A stretch of 39,242 nt of DNA from Basidiobolus meristosporus CBS 931.73. Lineage: Eukaryota > Fungi > Basidiobolomycota. The position numbers were made by a program, and so were the translations under genes. Location of the stretch: the NCBI GenBank assembly GCA_002104905.1, contig MCFE01000752.1, forward strand, positions 1 through 39,242, read 5' to 3'. A model generated the notes under the pieces. The model had not been told where the DNA came from, did no database searches, and was given only the letters and a program-made list of their open reading frames with translations. Below, in pieces: positions 1 through 12,423 of the stretch (position 1 is its first letter; every line of letters begins with the position of its first letter).

Positions 1-11
1 ACGATGATTTG

Positions 12-867
12 TTATTTTGTAAATTCGAATGGCTCTTTTAAGTAATGGTTGACACAAGTGACGATTCTGTGGACGTCCAAAGTTACGTAACAACAGCATG
101 GAAAAGAGGATGAGACGGTTGCCCTAATATGGAGATTCCTCCCCGAAAACATGATCTCGAACGGAGAGAGCGGTATTCTATTTTGAATCCCTCTCAGGTA
201 TCTGGTTGTGTAACATATCAACCAGCCGTAACCACTACCATTTTCGATAGTGTCTCGCAGCCCAGCATTTCGCATGTCGCCCAGTGGCCAATCAGCATCC
301 ACTCCCGTCCATCCCTAGGATCGTCAAGGTTATGAAGCGCCATGTCACATTCCTTGAAGCTTGTATACCCACGAATACTTTAATAAGGATTGCGCTGATA
401 GTGGACCCATTTGGTGGGGAACTCATAAATGCACGCATGACAACAAACCAACCGGTTCCCTAAATAATCCGAAATTACCACAAAACGGTGGAAACTGGAA
501 CAATTCGAACATTCTTGCTGGATGCCAACTTTAGTAATGTCTTGTATTCACAACCATACTTGATGATTAGCTTCAACAAATGGCAGAGGTGCTCAGACTG
601 GTTGTATAGCCGAATGATTCATGTTTGGCTCTCTCGCCACTTGGGCCAACAAATGGTAGGAACGTGCCGGAAAGCATTGGACAATACCGGTATGCCTAAA
701 CCCACGGAGAGCACACAGTCCAACAAACACAAACTGAATCTCAATCACAGACTAGTTACCACCTCGGTGTATCTCAAGTGATTTCACTAGTTTTCACTGG
801 GTGCAACCCAGGTTGGGATTAACCTGAGGGATCCGAATGCCGACCAAATCACCCGATTGCCGCTCAT
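12..867 (-). CDS. Putative multi-exon hypothetical gene (function unknown; 3' end uncertain)
   Basis: ATG at 867 followed by short open segments separated by plausible GT..AG introns of ~50-65 nt, giving e.g. SEHLCHLLKLIIKYGCEYKTLLKLASSK and SPPNGSTISAILIK|GWTGVDADWPLGDMRNAGLRDTIEN. No family recognised; exon structure is tentative. Confidence 0.3.
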
Positions 868-1142
868 TACAGGTTTTTGTAGACAAGCGTAGCATTTATT
901 AAAACCAGGGCGTATTCTACAGTACGGTGGAATGCTTTTGCCTCTGACTGGTCGAAACAACCTCACCTAGAGGTAGCACGAGATTTACAACACATGAAGA
1001 TTGAGCGGTTGATAAGGAGGGTAGATTGTGAGAGGATAGCTGGGAGATTCATGTGGCCACTATGTTCCGATGTTTACAATACATCTCGTTTGTCTCGTTT
1101 GTTGTCAACGAGTGACGCTCAAGACAAAATGTACCACGCTGT

Positions 1143-3268
1143 CTACCTAGAGCTGCGATGGCGATCTCGTGACCGGCTTCTCGTGCGCCCAGAAGACTCA
1201 TGTCGAGAGGAGCGGGAGCGGTGGTGGTCACGGGAGCGATGTCGGTGGGAGCTACGCCTACTTGGTGATTCCCTTCGTGTTCGTCGTCTAGAGGGTGAGC
1301 GGCTGCGAGAGGGATTTCGTTTACGGCTCCTCGAGGTGTGCGATGACTCGCTACGTCTTGAAGGGTCTTGGGGATATCTGTCAGGGCTTCGGGCCTGCTG
1401 CGACAGGCCTTCAGGTGCAACCTTTACATCGATAGCTTCGCCTAGCAGAGAGCCGGAGTTAGTCGAAACTGGAAAAGGAGAGTTGATCCAGAGTGAAACT
1501 CCATATTTACGTGAATCAGCCCTGATGAGACTGTGAGCTGAGACCGAGTCTAGGCAATCGTCGGGATAAAGGTTCCCAGGATTTCGATACACATGCAGGA
1601 AGTTGCAATCTTTCCCTTTTGGGCACTGTTGACGTTGGGCCATGCCTACACACAGTTGAGCATCTTCGAGGCATCTTGAATAAAACGACGAAGACTTACC
1701 GCATATGGCCGCATTCCAGCTTTCAATTGCAACCAACTCGCAAGTCAGTTGTTTGCCGGCATACCAGCGACCATGCAGAGCCTCCACCGCCGAGGCTGCT
1801 TCCGTGCTTGTGGCGTATTGCACATAAACATTTCCATCCAGGTGGGGCAGTTCGTTGCTGCAAACCTAGAGAAGGCGTTCAGCGTCATCCAACAGGAAGG
1901 TACCTAGCAAGCAATACCTTTAACTGATCGATCTTTCCGAATTTCAAAAGCTCCGTGTGCACATCCTCAAAGAAGTTTTCGAAATGCTTGTATGCCTCTG
2001 CTTCATCGAACTTTGGAAGAGAAGATTTCCATTAGAAAATAAGGGAGAGCTTGAGTTAAGGATGAACTGGATCATAGTGAAACAAATCATAAAGCGCACA
2101 AACAACCAACTGGAGAACAAGAAAATAAGAAACAGCAACAAGAGAAAAGCTATGATCCCGATGTTTCTCTCCATGGGTCTATAAACGTGATTTTACCTCT
2201 AAGGTATCATCTGATTCTTCATCCACCATCAATCGTGGAATTTTCACATACATATTCTTAATCAAAATAGTTTTACTCTGTGTAGGATACGGGTGCTCTC
2301 GACTGCACAAGTTTCCGTAGCGACATGCGCCAGTCTTCAAGTAAAACGGGCATTTCGTTGATTCCTGGAGTTTTGCTCTTAGGAATAATCAAAGACGAGT
2401 AACGATAATAGCAAAGTACCTTCTCCGTCTCGTCGTTGTCGCCTGGATATGGTGGAGGCTGGGCGTTTACAGTGGCTTCCTTTGCAGAAACCTGTGAGAA
2501 AGAATGGCTGTTAGGAAATGGCGAACAAGTTGGCCATCATTGAGCAGCTGCAGACTAACCATAGAGCTTTTGGCGCGGGTATCCGATAACAAAGCCCTTG
2601 AGGCAATCTCCTAGACTCGGTGTAAATACAGGTGGAAACCAGCAGGAATAAGCAATCAACTTACCCTGGCAACCTTTTCGGAGACACTCTTGATCCTTTC
2701 TCTTTTGAGTTCTTCCTCTCTCACTCTATCGAATTCCTTGTCTCTCAGCTCCCATAACAGCCGTTGTCTATCACTTGAACGCAAATGAGTCTTGGTGGAT
2801 GGAATCGAAGTACTTTGAAAGCCAAATTACTGTTCTTGCTCCTCGATGATGCGTGCCTCTTTTTGTTTTTCTGTTTCTATTTGGAAAATGTCGGTTTGAG
2901 GAGAGTTGGTTTAATACAGGTGGAAGTAGATCAACCCTTAAATCAACTTAGTAACCTTCAATTTCCTGCTCCTTCAGCTGGTACAGTTCTTGTCGAATCG
3001 CCCTTTTTCTCAATTTTTTCTTGAGCTTTCGGTACTCGTTTCGGGGCAATCTCCGGGTTTTCCCCGTACCACCTGTGCCATTAACAGCCTGCTCTTTGTT
3101 GATCCCCCGATCCGTTTCGAGCACGGCGTTCTCTGTAGGGGCGTGGGGGGACACATGGTCGCCATGGTGGATCTCAGTCGTTCCAGTTTGGAGACTGTCG
3201 AGCTGTGTACTCAGAGAGCCTTCCATCACAGTAAACTCGTCAGTTGGAAGCTCTTGGGCTAGATGCAT
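1143..3268 (-). CDS. ZRSR2: ZRSR2/Urp-like U2AF35-related splicing factor (CCCH-UHM-CCCH + RS tail), multi-exon
   Basis: Spliced translation gives a charged N-terminal extension ([14 protein letters not shown]), ZnF1 [23 protein letters not shown] ([49 protein letters not shown]), ZnF2 [16 protein letters not shown] and an RS-repeat C-terminus. The long N-terminus and the WYAGKQL/FLHVxRNP motifs fit ZRSR2 rather than U2AF1. Confidence 0.85.
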
Positions 3269-3713
3269 TCCCACAATAAATGGTTGAAAATTTCAAGGAT
3301 CAATCACTTCTCACATTGCTGATCGCTTGATTCTAGAATGCTCGATTGGGAAATAGGAAATCTTGGTTAGCAACCCATATGGAGGTCAATCGCCCGTGAA
3401 GATAAAATCCAACTTGATCTAGGTTACTGCAGCTTTAATATTATATCTGGTCAAATTATCTCTATAGAACCGACTGTTTACTCGAGGCTCAAAAGGTCAA
3501 GGAATGGTTGTATCTAGATGGCTAAGGATTTTGTGGGGAACACGCGAGGCCTTTGAATTATTATTATGGAGTAACGGCCGACGAGACAATTGTTAAGGCG
3601 CGCCATTTTAGGGAGGATCGGAAAATTGTGAACAAACGTTGTATACAAATAGCAAAATGACAAGTATCAAAAGTGGCAGGGAGGTTGATGGATAGGCACT
3701 GGGGTTACAGCGG

Positions 3714-4993
3714 TCAGACTCTGAATGGCTTGCGATCTGGAAGATCTTCGGGAATGGGATAGACCCGAAGACTCGAGGGAAAGTTGTTCACGTTGGCACC
3801 GCTGGTTTCCCAAGATTTCAAGCCAAACGTTGTCGCCAAAGTGCTTTGTGAAAGTCGATGATGATAAGCGCGGGTGGATTTCATGAAAGGAAGGTCATCG
3901 CAAGGCACGGTGAGCTTGGAGATACGAGACGAGAACGAGGCGGTGCTGACGGGCGAATCTTTCGACATATACTTGGAGGAGCTTGCTGACGAGCGCAAAT
4001 CCAACGGCTTTATCCGGTTCTGAGGGGTGATGGGGGCCGAAGGGGTAGATGATCTTTGTGGTGTGCCCGAGGGCTCGGTGACGTTCTCCGAATCGCAGTC
4101 TGACCCCTCACTTAGACTAGGGATGGACTGTGACGGAGAGCTTTGGGACGATCCTGCTTTCAAATTATTCTTACTTTCCTCGCTCAAATCATCCTTGAAT
4201 GTCTCCGCACGTGCTTTGTATTGTCTACGATAGGCATCGTATACTCTTTTGGTCACCTCCCTTACTTCTTGACTTGGGTCCATACACCCTACACGTATGG
4301 CGTCTTCAAATATATCCAGATACGGCTCGAGCTTGTTATCGAAGAACTGAATATACTCCACCAGTATCTCCATAATGTTGCATTTCGCAAACTCGTTTCC
4401 CCCTTTGAAGCCATGGATGACTCCGGCGGTATGGGAGAGTAGCTTGCCGTTTTGTACCAAAGTAACCAGGCACTCCCTTGCACGAAGCTGAAAGATCCTG
4501 GAATCACGATGAATCAACTCCAGAATGGATGGGACAAACTGCTCTTCCAACGGGAGGAACTTGTCGGCATCCAACTTCATACCCAAGGTTTTCACGAAAT
4601 CAAGAGTAGTGGCAACTAGAATGCTTTTTTGTGATGTCATCTGGAAAGGCTATGTGAGTAGGGTGCGGGCTGAGGACCGGGGAAGGTTCAACATACCAGA
4701 GTTTTGATATGAATGGCCAATTCCTGGAGCAGGGTGGGAAAGGTATCGGGAAGCTGGCCCTGTTTACAGAAATCGTCAAGCTCACGGATGGTTTCATTCA
4801 GCAAAGACCAGGTGTCGTCAGTCTCAGGAGTATTTTTGAGGATGTTGGCAATTTCATTATACAGCTTGACAGAGCTGGAAGACTAGATGGCAAGGGGATG
4901 AATATGAATGGCGACGAGATGGTGTCAATGCAAGAACCGAGCCCGACTTACATTATCAGAGTTATGAACAGGGGAGTTGGCAATGTCCAGCAT
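3714..4993 (-). CDS. CLASP N-terminal (TOG-like HEAT) domain protein with Ser-rich tail
   Basis: ATG at 4993; introns 4951-4883 (GTAAGT..CTAG) and 4696-4641 (GTATGT..CCAG) keep frame. ETDDTWSLL..SQKSILVATTL..FVPSILEL..RARECL..IRVGCMDPSQEVRE matches the CLASP_N/Stu1 pattern. Much shorter than full-length Stu1/CLASP. Confidence 0.75.
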
Positions 4994-6737
4994 TTTGGAA
5001 GTCTTTATAGTACTGATCAGTGATGATTAGGAGCGTGTGTAGGGTTCTATAAAAGTAGAGCAATAATAAGCCACGTAAACTTCGAGAAAGTGATTATGTG
5101 AAAGGAAGGCACCTGAACACAGAGTTGAAGAGATGGTATGCGTCTAGGGAAGGAAGGGAAGAAATATGGATGAGAGAGGAGGCTTTTGACTTGAGTGCTT
5201 TACAGGAGATTAAGGCCCACTCCGCCCTTTATAATTCCCGAAAGCACACCAGTTACCCATGTTGATCCGAGCTCGCATTCTCACCAAAATTGTTAATATA
5301 AATGGAATGAATCGGTGAATTCACTTTAATTATGATAGGAATATATTGTAAGGTTCTGGACTAATTTAAGTATCAGTTTCACTGCAATGAATGTCGGAGT
5401 AAATCAGTACAATACGGAACGATCTTGAAAATATGAAACTAATACCAAATACTTAATCAAGTTCGATGAGCGAGGTGAATGAAATATGCGAACTCTCCTG
5501 TTTCAAGGTTAGCCAGCAAGATCCATGATATAGCTAGGATTCCTGCTCCAATCCAGTCGTCAAACGCCATAATTTCTTCCTTCTCCATGACAGTGCTGAA
5601 TTCATGGGTTGGATGCGATGCGTGCATAGCAATCAGCTTGTAGACCAGCACACGCACAACCAATTCATTAATTCAGCTCCGGTGTGTATCACTCCTCATC
5701 ACACTCTTGTGAAAAATGCATCATGCTTTGCATCTCCACCCTGTTACATTGCGGCAGTTGCTCATGTAACATACGCTGGTTCTGAGTTTAACCAGAAACT
5801 AATATGTCAAGAAATTCACGATTATCAAGTTTTCATACCACCCTGCATTCATCCACAGAGTCCCACTCCTTCTCATTAGCCCCTATTGTATCCGTTTTGG
5901 TTCAAAGCGCTGCCAAGTCTTGGAGCTGAGCAGTTGCGAATAGCTCAGATTTGGCATCGATGATCATATCAGCATCCGCAACAGCACTTTGTAGGGACTG
6001 AAGTCGCACCTCATTGTGTCTTCGTCATTGAAATCTTGTTGGGCATACCGGTTCTCATTCCTCCTTGATTGGCCAACGTTGTCGTGAGGAGTCGTAGGGC
6101 GATTCCGGACACCTTGGAACACTGAATCCTGGACCAACGTCATCATACAATCTTGAAGATTCGAGCTTCAGGTGCTACTCGAGTTCTAGTCGTTAGCGAC
6201 TGAACACAAAATGTAGTACAAATTAGCATTTTGATGATTCGCTGTCCACTCTGCCTGCCTCAGCGATGCCACAAAATCAAGGTCATACACGCATCCTAGC
6301 TCATGATGGATCCAGAATTGGCAGGCCTTTTCAAGTCAGTTGTCTGAGAAGAGCGTGGTCTTCCTGGCAGGCTTGGCCCAGAGCACCCGCGTATCGCGTG
6401 GATCTCATTCGAACCATCCCAATCCCGCTCAAGAATCCAACTTTGCCAGTGCCTCTACCTCAAATCCAACTTGGAACCGCTCGAGTGGAAATGTTCTCTA
6501 GTATCATTATTAATAAACCTTATTTCACAGCATTCAAAACTGTTGATGACAACAAAAGGCTATACTATTCTATCGACAAAGGAAATAAATATTCAAAGAT
6601 AAGGTGCTCAAGAAATCATACATCAGAAGCTATTGAAAATCTATATTAGATCAAAAGGGTGGAAATTTTACAAAAGTAGCAGAAGACGCTAGGCCATAGT
6701 GCAAATCGGCACATGAAGACAAACATCACCAATGCAT

Positions 6738-9700
6738 TTACCGTTGATGCTTCCTGAGTAAGGTTTCAAAATCATCTTCCACATAGCCCTGTTGGCCCTC
6801 TGCGTCGTAATCAAGATCCCCGCCACCAGGTTCAGATCCACCAGAGGCCTCTTTGGCTTTGTTTTTCTTCCGTTTCTTCTTCTTGCTCTTCGCTTTCCGT
6901 GAGGCGGTTGTTCCGGTCAACGCCTCTACTTCTGCAGGAGCAATATGCGGGTATTTGCAGTCCGGCTTGGTGCACACACCAGTACTAGCAAATGTGAAAC
7001 AGTATCCGGCTGGGCCAGGAAGCCTCGGAGGAAATGTATATGGTACTTGGTCCGGGGGCCCATTCCAGGCTGCAGGTATGTACGGGATGGTCTTTAGGTC
7101 AACGGCCACTGGGCTGGAGTGGGCCTTATGAAGATCATAATGGTTGGGTTGTGGTTTATCCGTAAGCGAGACATTTCTAAATATAGAGGCGTTGATTTCA
7201 CCCTTCGTGTGAGTGATGAGATAAATGCCGTTCGCAAAGCCTTGAACTTTCGTAAAGAGATAATGCAATAATTTACTGTGTGGGCGCGGCCAATTTCCAT
7301 TCGGTATGATGTCTACCATATTCCGGCGCTCCACCTTTACTAATCTACCTGAGAGTGCGTCTATTCTGCCGACCATCAGGCTGGCATCCCCACGTATGAA
7401 CGTATGAATCCACCAGCGCGCCTTCTCCTCCGCAACCACATCCTCGAAGCCATGATCGAGATGATATTCCATCTTGGTCTTGATCCCAACCAACTTTGAC
7501 TTGTTCTCCGGCCCATTGCTCTTGATAAATCCATGAATTTTGCATCGAATCAATACAGTGAAGCTTCCGAATGTCCATAAGGTATAAGTTGTATCATCCA
7601 TATTTTCTGGATTGGTCAGATTGGATTTGTGCTGCGAAACATCAGAACCCGGAAGTTTGTCGATTTTACCAGTTGCTTCTGGTGCACAGGTGTTTGGGCT
7701 GGGCTCAGGATTGGTACATTCTGGATCGTGCAACTCAGACTGGATTTGAGTCGAGCTGTCGTTACTGGACGCCGTGTTGTTGTTCAGCGTAGCATTGGTG
7801 GTGGTGGGAAGCGAGTTGAGATTCTCAGGAGCGCTTGGTGGGATATTTGAAGTGGCGTCGGGTGGAATGGCTGAAGGAGCCTCATGTGGCATATCTGAAG
7901 GATTCGATGCATTATGGCTTGGCGATGTGACGTGTTGTGCTTGGTTCTCCATGACGGGTTTTTCAGCAATACTGTTGATGCCATTAGTTTTCACAAACAT
8001 ACTTTTGAAGGCCGCGTTGAAGAACTGCTGATTCCTGGAGCGAGGAGTCACGGATTTTTTCAGAAGTGGCTTGTCTATAAATATCACTTTCTTGGTTTGC
8101 CCGTCTGATAAAGTAATTTCTTTGACTACTACGGGGATTTCGCATTCACTATCCAATGATGCTTGTAAAGCAACTAATGCAGAAAGGCCACCGGATGATA
8201 TAACGATATCTACATTATGCTTGGTCACGAGATCTTGAACATATGGATCCTTGCTAACCACTGGAGCCTTCTTCTTACTCCACGAGTTGGAGCTTTCGGG
8301 TGGGTTAAGAGAGCTTTGCTGAGGGCTTTCGGGTGGAATATAGTTTTCCCAGCATTTCTTGTTGATAGTAATCTCAAGGGGTTGTTGGAAAAATGGTAGG
8401 TCAAGTTGATGACAGTTGCCCACTCGCAACAATGTTTGCTTGTAAGATAGTACAGGCTCTCGGGGTGAAGGTGCGCCTAGACGTAAGCCGACTGTATGCA
8501 AAAACTCATAATGGCGAGGATACTGTTGCAGAATACGTTGACGATCAACTTCGAGTTTCTGTTGAATCTGCTTTGCTATATTTTCGTCAAGTATAAACAA
8601 CCTATCTTTAGTAGTCTCGTATTGCCATTTATGAAAGAGTTCCCTTTCTTGATCAATGCGTTGGCGTAAGCGCATATATAATGTATGATCAGCGTCCGAG
8701 AGCAGCGTGTTATTCTTCTCCGAAAGCATATGGATTTTTAAGAATTTCAAATGATCCTCCTTCGTAAGTGAAGAGATAGGAATCGATGGTCTCTTCGTGT
8801 CATTGGCCGATCTGGTGGATGAGGATGGAGATGAGCAGGTTTGTTGGGAGAGGACTGTTGATGTTTCTGAAGGCAGCTCTGAAGTTGGTAACACTGTTCC
8901 ACCAAGAGAGGAGAGAGCAATTAGCATGTCGGTTGGAATGGCTTGTGGGAATGGTCGAGTTGCCTCATAATTAATGATGCCTTGAGGTTTCTCTTTTGCG
9001 CTGGGTACTTCAGTTATTTTCTCGATAAGACTATCAACAGATTGAATCTCTTGTACTGGCTTTTCAACCTCTCTTTCGTCAGCAACTTTTCTCTCTGGCG
9101 CAGCATCTGTGTTGGGTCGTTGGGCAACTTCACATTCAGTGGAGTCGATATTGTCTTTCTCTAACATCGATTTGTTGGTCGCTATAAATTGTGAGGGAAG
9201 ATTCTCAGTATTGCCGGTACATATTGTATCGGTATGCTCAGGGCCATTGGGAGAGACGTTCGATTGGTTTGTAAATGGAGTGATTATATCGCACATAGAG
9301 CCGCCAACGTCGACTACCTCCTCAGTTATGAGTGAATCCTCTATGATACTAATCGCCTGAGGGACTCCAGCTAACAGATAATACACACATTAAAAAAACC
9401 CCAATCGATTTGCTTAGCAAGATGACATACCTGGTTGGCTCGACTCATTTGATGCTTCACCATTTTCTTTACTTTTCCTTTGCTCGGAATCACTGGTTGG
9501 TTTTATGACTGGCGAATCCGGTTTCCTGAAATCTTCGATCGAATTGTCCTTAGATGTTACTGTTTGCATGTTTGCCTGCTTCATCAATGACGCAGGCTCG
9601 AAAGATTGTGTCGTTGTCTTCGCTTTTCGAAGAGGTGGGAGGGTAGGTGACATTGGAGATGGAAGATTCTTCAGTAGGAGAAAATCTTCTGATGATTGAG

Positions 9701-11493
9701 ATGGAGGAGGCGTTTTAGATTGTTTGAATGATGAGCTCTTTTTCCGTGGTTGTACATCCGTTGGCAATTCCTCCTGCTCCGGCCTAACTGTGACCTCCAC
9801 AGTAGAAGTAGGTTCAGGATTTGCGGACAGGTGACTTTCAGAGGACTTCTTTATTTTTTTGGAGGTAGTAGAATCGGTAGACTTCTTGCGCTTTTTGGTA
9901 ACCTTGCTGGAGGCTTTTTCACTAATATTCGAGTCTACTTGGATGTTATTAACATTCTCGGTTTGCGAATCTATCCACATTTGCCCCTTGTTGGCTGGAA
10001 GAACAGTGGCTGTTTCGTGACCCATAGAGTTCTGACTTGAATCCAAGAGCATGTAGTTACTGGTCTGCAAGTTACGGATTGTCGTTTTAAGATCGGAAAT
10101 TTCGATTTGTTGCTCAGTGAACACATCTTGCAACACGCGCTTTGCTTTCTCTAACTTGTCTATTTCACCTCGTAACTGTGCAATGATTGATGGATCAAAG
10201 CCTGCGTTAGAATGTTTGACTGCATTCGGCTCCGGTAGCTTTTTGGCTGTCTTCAGTTCACTAATAGTATGTTCTTGCTTTGTGAGTAAAGATTTTGCAG
10301 CATGGAGCTTTTTCTTCAGGCCCTCAGCTTCTACTTGATGTTTAGTAGCCTCAATATTCAGTTTCTTCTCAAACTCTGACTGGGCTTTACGAGATGCATC
10401 CTGTAGCTCATTGATCAAATCTTCCTGCCTTCTGAAATTACTTTCAAGTTCGTGATAACGCTTATCTACGCTAACTTGCTGCTCTTTTGTAATCTCCAGT
10501 TGGGTTTTCAAGTCAGAAATCTCCTCCTTCATCTGATTAATTTTTGATTCAGACTCATCATCACTGACATTATCAATCTGCTCTCGTAACAGCTCGTTCT
10601 CCAACTTCAACTCATTAATAAGATCCTCTCTATAATCGGTATACATTAGGACCTGTGTAGTACGCTAAACAAACCAAATTCGCACTTACTTTGCCTCCAA
10701 TTCAACTTTCAAATCGTCCGAAATAGAGTTCTTCTTTTCGCCATCTTTTAACTTGAGTCCTATTGACTGATTTTCCTTTTCCAACTGTTTGACACGCGCT
10801 TTCAGCTGTTCACAGAGCGATTTTTCATTCTTCTCTTGTGTTCCTCTGAGATATGCAACAAACTTTAAATCACTGAAGGCATACCATACATTAAATAATT
10901 CAGCTTTTACCTTGATTCCAAGTCCTTGGTTAACTTGTGAATTTGTTTTTTCTGGTCTTCCACTAAATTCCGGAATGGCTCCAACTCTTCCAGTTGATAC
11001 TGAAGCTGATTTTTCAGAAGCTTAAGGTTGAAATTGCCGACATTAGATCAATTAAGAGACGATAAGAAACCGAAATTGGTTACCTCCAGTGAGGCAAACT
11101 TGGATTTCCATTTTTCCATCTCCTCGCGTAAAGAAACGCTGACTTTCTCTTTCTCCGATGAAGAGGTTTGGCATTGGTTCAGTGCGTCTTTCAAACGTGC
11201 AATCTCATCTTTGTATACTACTTCCTGGTGAACCGATCTTAAAGTAGAGCTTTTTGTCTCTTGTAACTCTTCTTGCAGCTTCTTGATGGTTTCTTTCGCT
11301 TTCTTATTTTCTATCAAGGGATTTGTAGTTCAATACGAGAAGGTTTCAAACAAATGCCACCAAACAATGTACCTTCTTCTTTCACGTCAAATATTTTCAA
11401 CAATTTGTTGGTGTTGATGATTCGCTCTTTGATCGCCTGTATGTTCTCTTCGGGTGAGACAGTTTTTGGTTTACTCTTCTCCTCGTTAGACAT
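6738..11493 (-). CDS. Little elongation complex protein: ICE1-like N-terminal coiled coil joined to ICE2/NARG2 homology region and a C-terminal CCCH finger
   Basis: ORF 6738-9386 has ICE2 motifs (SKDP..LV.K...DIVISS, EIPV.V, VIFIDKPL..K..T.R.RNQ.F; NARG2_C-like LWTFG.F.VLIRC, KMEY, RWW.HTFIR) and C-x8-C-x4-C-x3-H. It is joined in frame to the coiled-coil ORF 9414-10646 by intron 9430-9371 (60 nt, GTATGT..TTAG). Further in-frame exons extend to ATG 11493 (e.g. intron 11372-11311). Confidence 0.8.
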
Positions 11494-12060
11494 GCTGACA
11501 TGAAGATGCACGCTCTTGAGAAATCCGAAAGGCTCGATTCTAATTTTCTTCCCTTGCAAAAAGAAAAAAACGATCTAAGGAATTTCCAACACTAATACTA
11601 AAGGAGGGACAACTTGGAAAATTCGAACTTGCACCTAGTGTTAAATATCAGAAAATATCAATATCTTGAAGGTATGAACTTTTTTTTCGCAGTCCAATTA
11701 CTTTTTAATCAGCATTCAATGTCAAGTTTGTGATGTATTTCAGAGTGCCTTTTGATCCATTTTGATTGGTGCTGATCTCCGTTGGTATTGCTGATATCAA
11801 TTCCGATGAATATTTCAGAAGCACGACTGTCAGAAGTTGAATGAGATGATCCATTTTATTCATACCCAGGGCATATGATACCTGCACGTATATTTTGGAC
11901 TGCATTGCTGAGGGAGCCGTTAAAAAAAATACTTCTTGGCATAAAAGGCTTCTAAGGGATTTTGTTGATCGATGACGGTTGTGTAATTTGGTTCACCACC
12001 GGGAGGAAGTGTCTTGAGTGTTCTCGTATGTTCAAGAAAGAGTCATAGCACTCGGCTTAC

Positions 12061-12423
12061 CTAGAGAAACCACGAGAAGCCTGCTTCAAGAAGCAACCGT
12101 TATTCTTCTTAGCAGTTTTGGAATTGGTCCTTGTTCGTTGACCACGTACTGGTAAGTCAATGTGCGTCTCTTACTAACGTACGAGTTTGTTTGACGAAGT
12201 TGCAATATTAACTTGCCTCTCAAATCGCTCTCGATAGTCATATTGGTGAGAAGGCCACTTAGTGAGCTAAGCAATACTCAGATTAACCAGCTAAGCTTAC
12301 ACTCCTTGTGGATACTTAATTTGCTGCCCAGGCCTTCAGCGATGGTATGGCCAATAGCATCAAAGTAAGTAAAGGCACGTATAACTTCTTATCAGGCAAA
12401 TTCACACTAGGGAGATGAAGCAT
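12061..12423 (-). pseudogene. Decayed nuclear gene for mitochondrial ribosomal protein uS13m (SWS2/RPS13-like)
   Basis: MLHLPSVNLPDKKL / FTYFDAIGHTIAEGLGSKLSIHKECKL / MTIESDLR / LPVRGQRTRTNSKTAKK. The uS13 signature is clear but needs two frameshifts and read-through of a TGA at 12278-12280. Confidence 0.8.

Noticed and set aside
994-1536. 180-aa plus-strand ORF (and 1049-1420 minus)
   Set aside because: Shadow frames of the ZRSR2 RS-repeat exon; low-complexity repeats suppress stop codons.
5457-6649. Several short ORFs between the CLASP_N and ICE genes
   Set aside because: No consistent spliced model or recognisable motif could be built.
10868-10912. KVKAELFNVWYAF resembling a recalled ICE1 KVK..L..LW motif
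   Set aside because: It lies in an alternative frame. The preceding exon's coiled-coil frame (LLKNQLQYQLEEL..) stops there, so this stretch is most likely an intron (GTAAAA..TTCAG). Not used as evidence.
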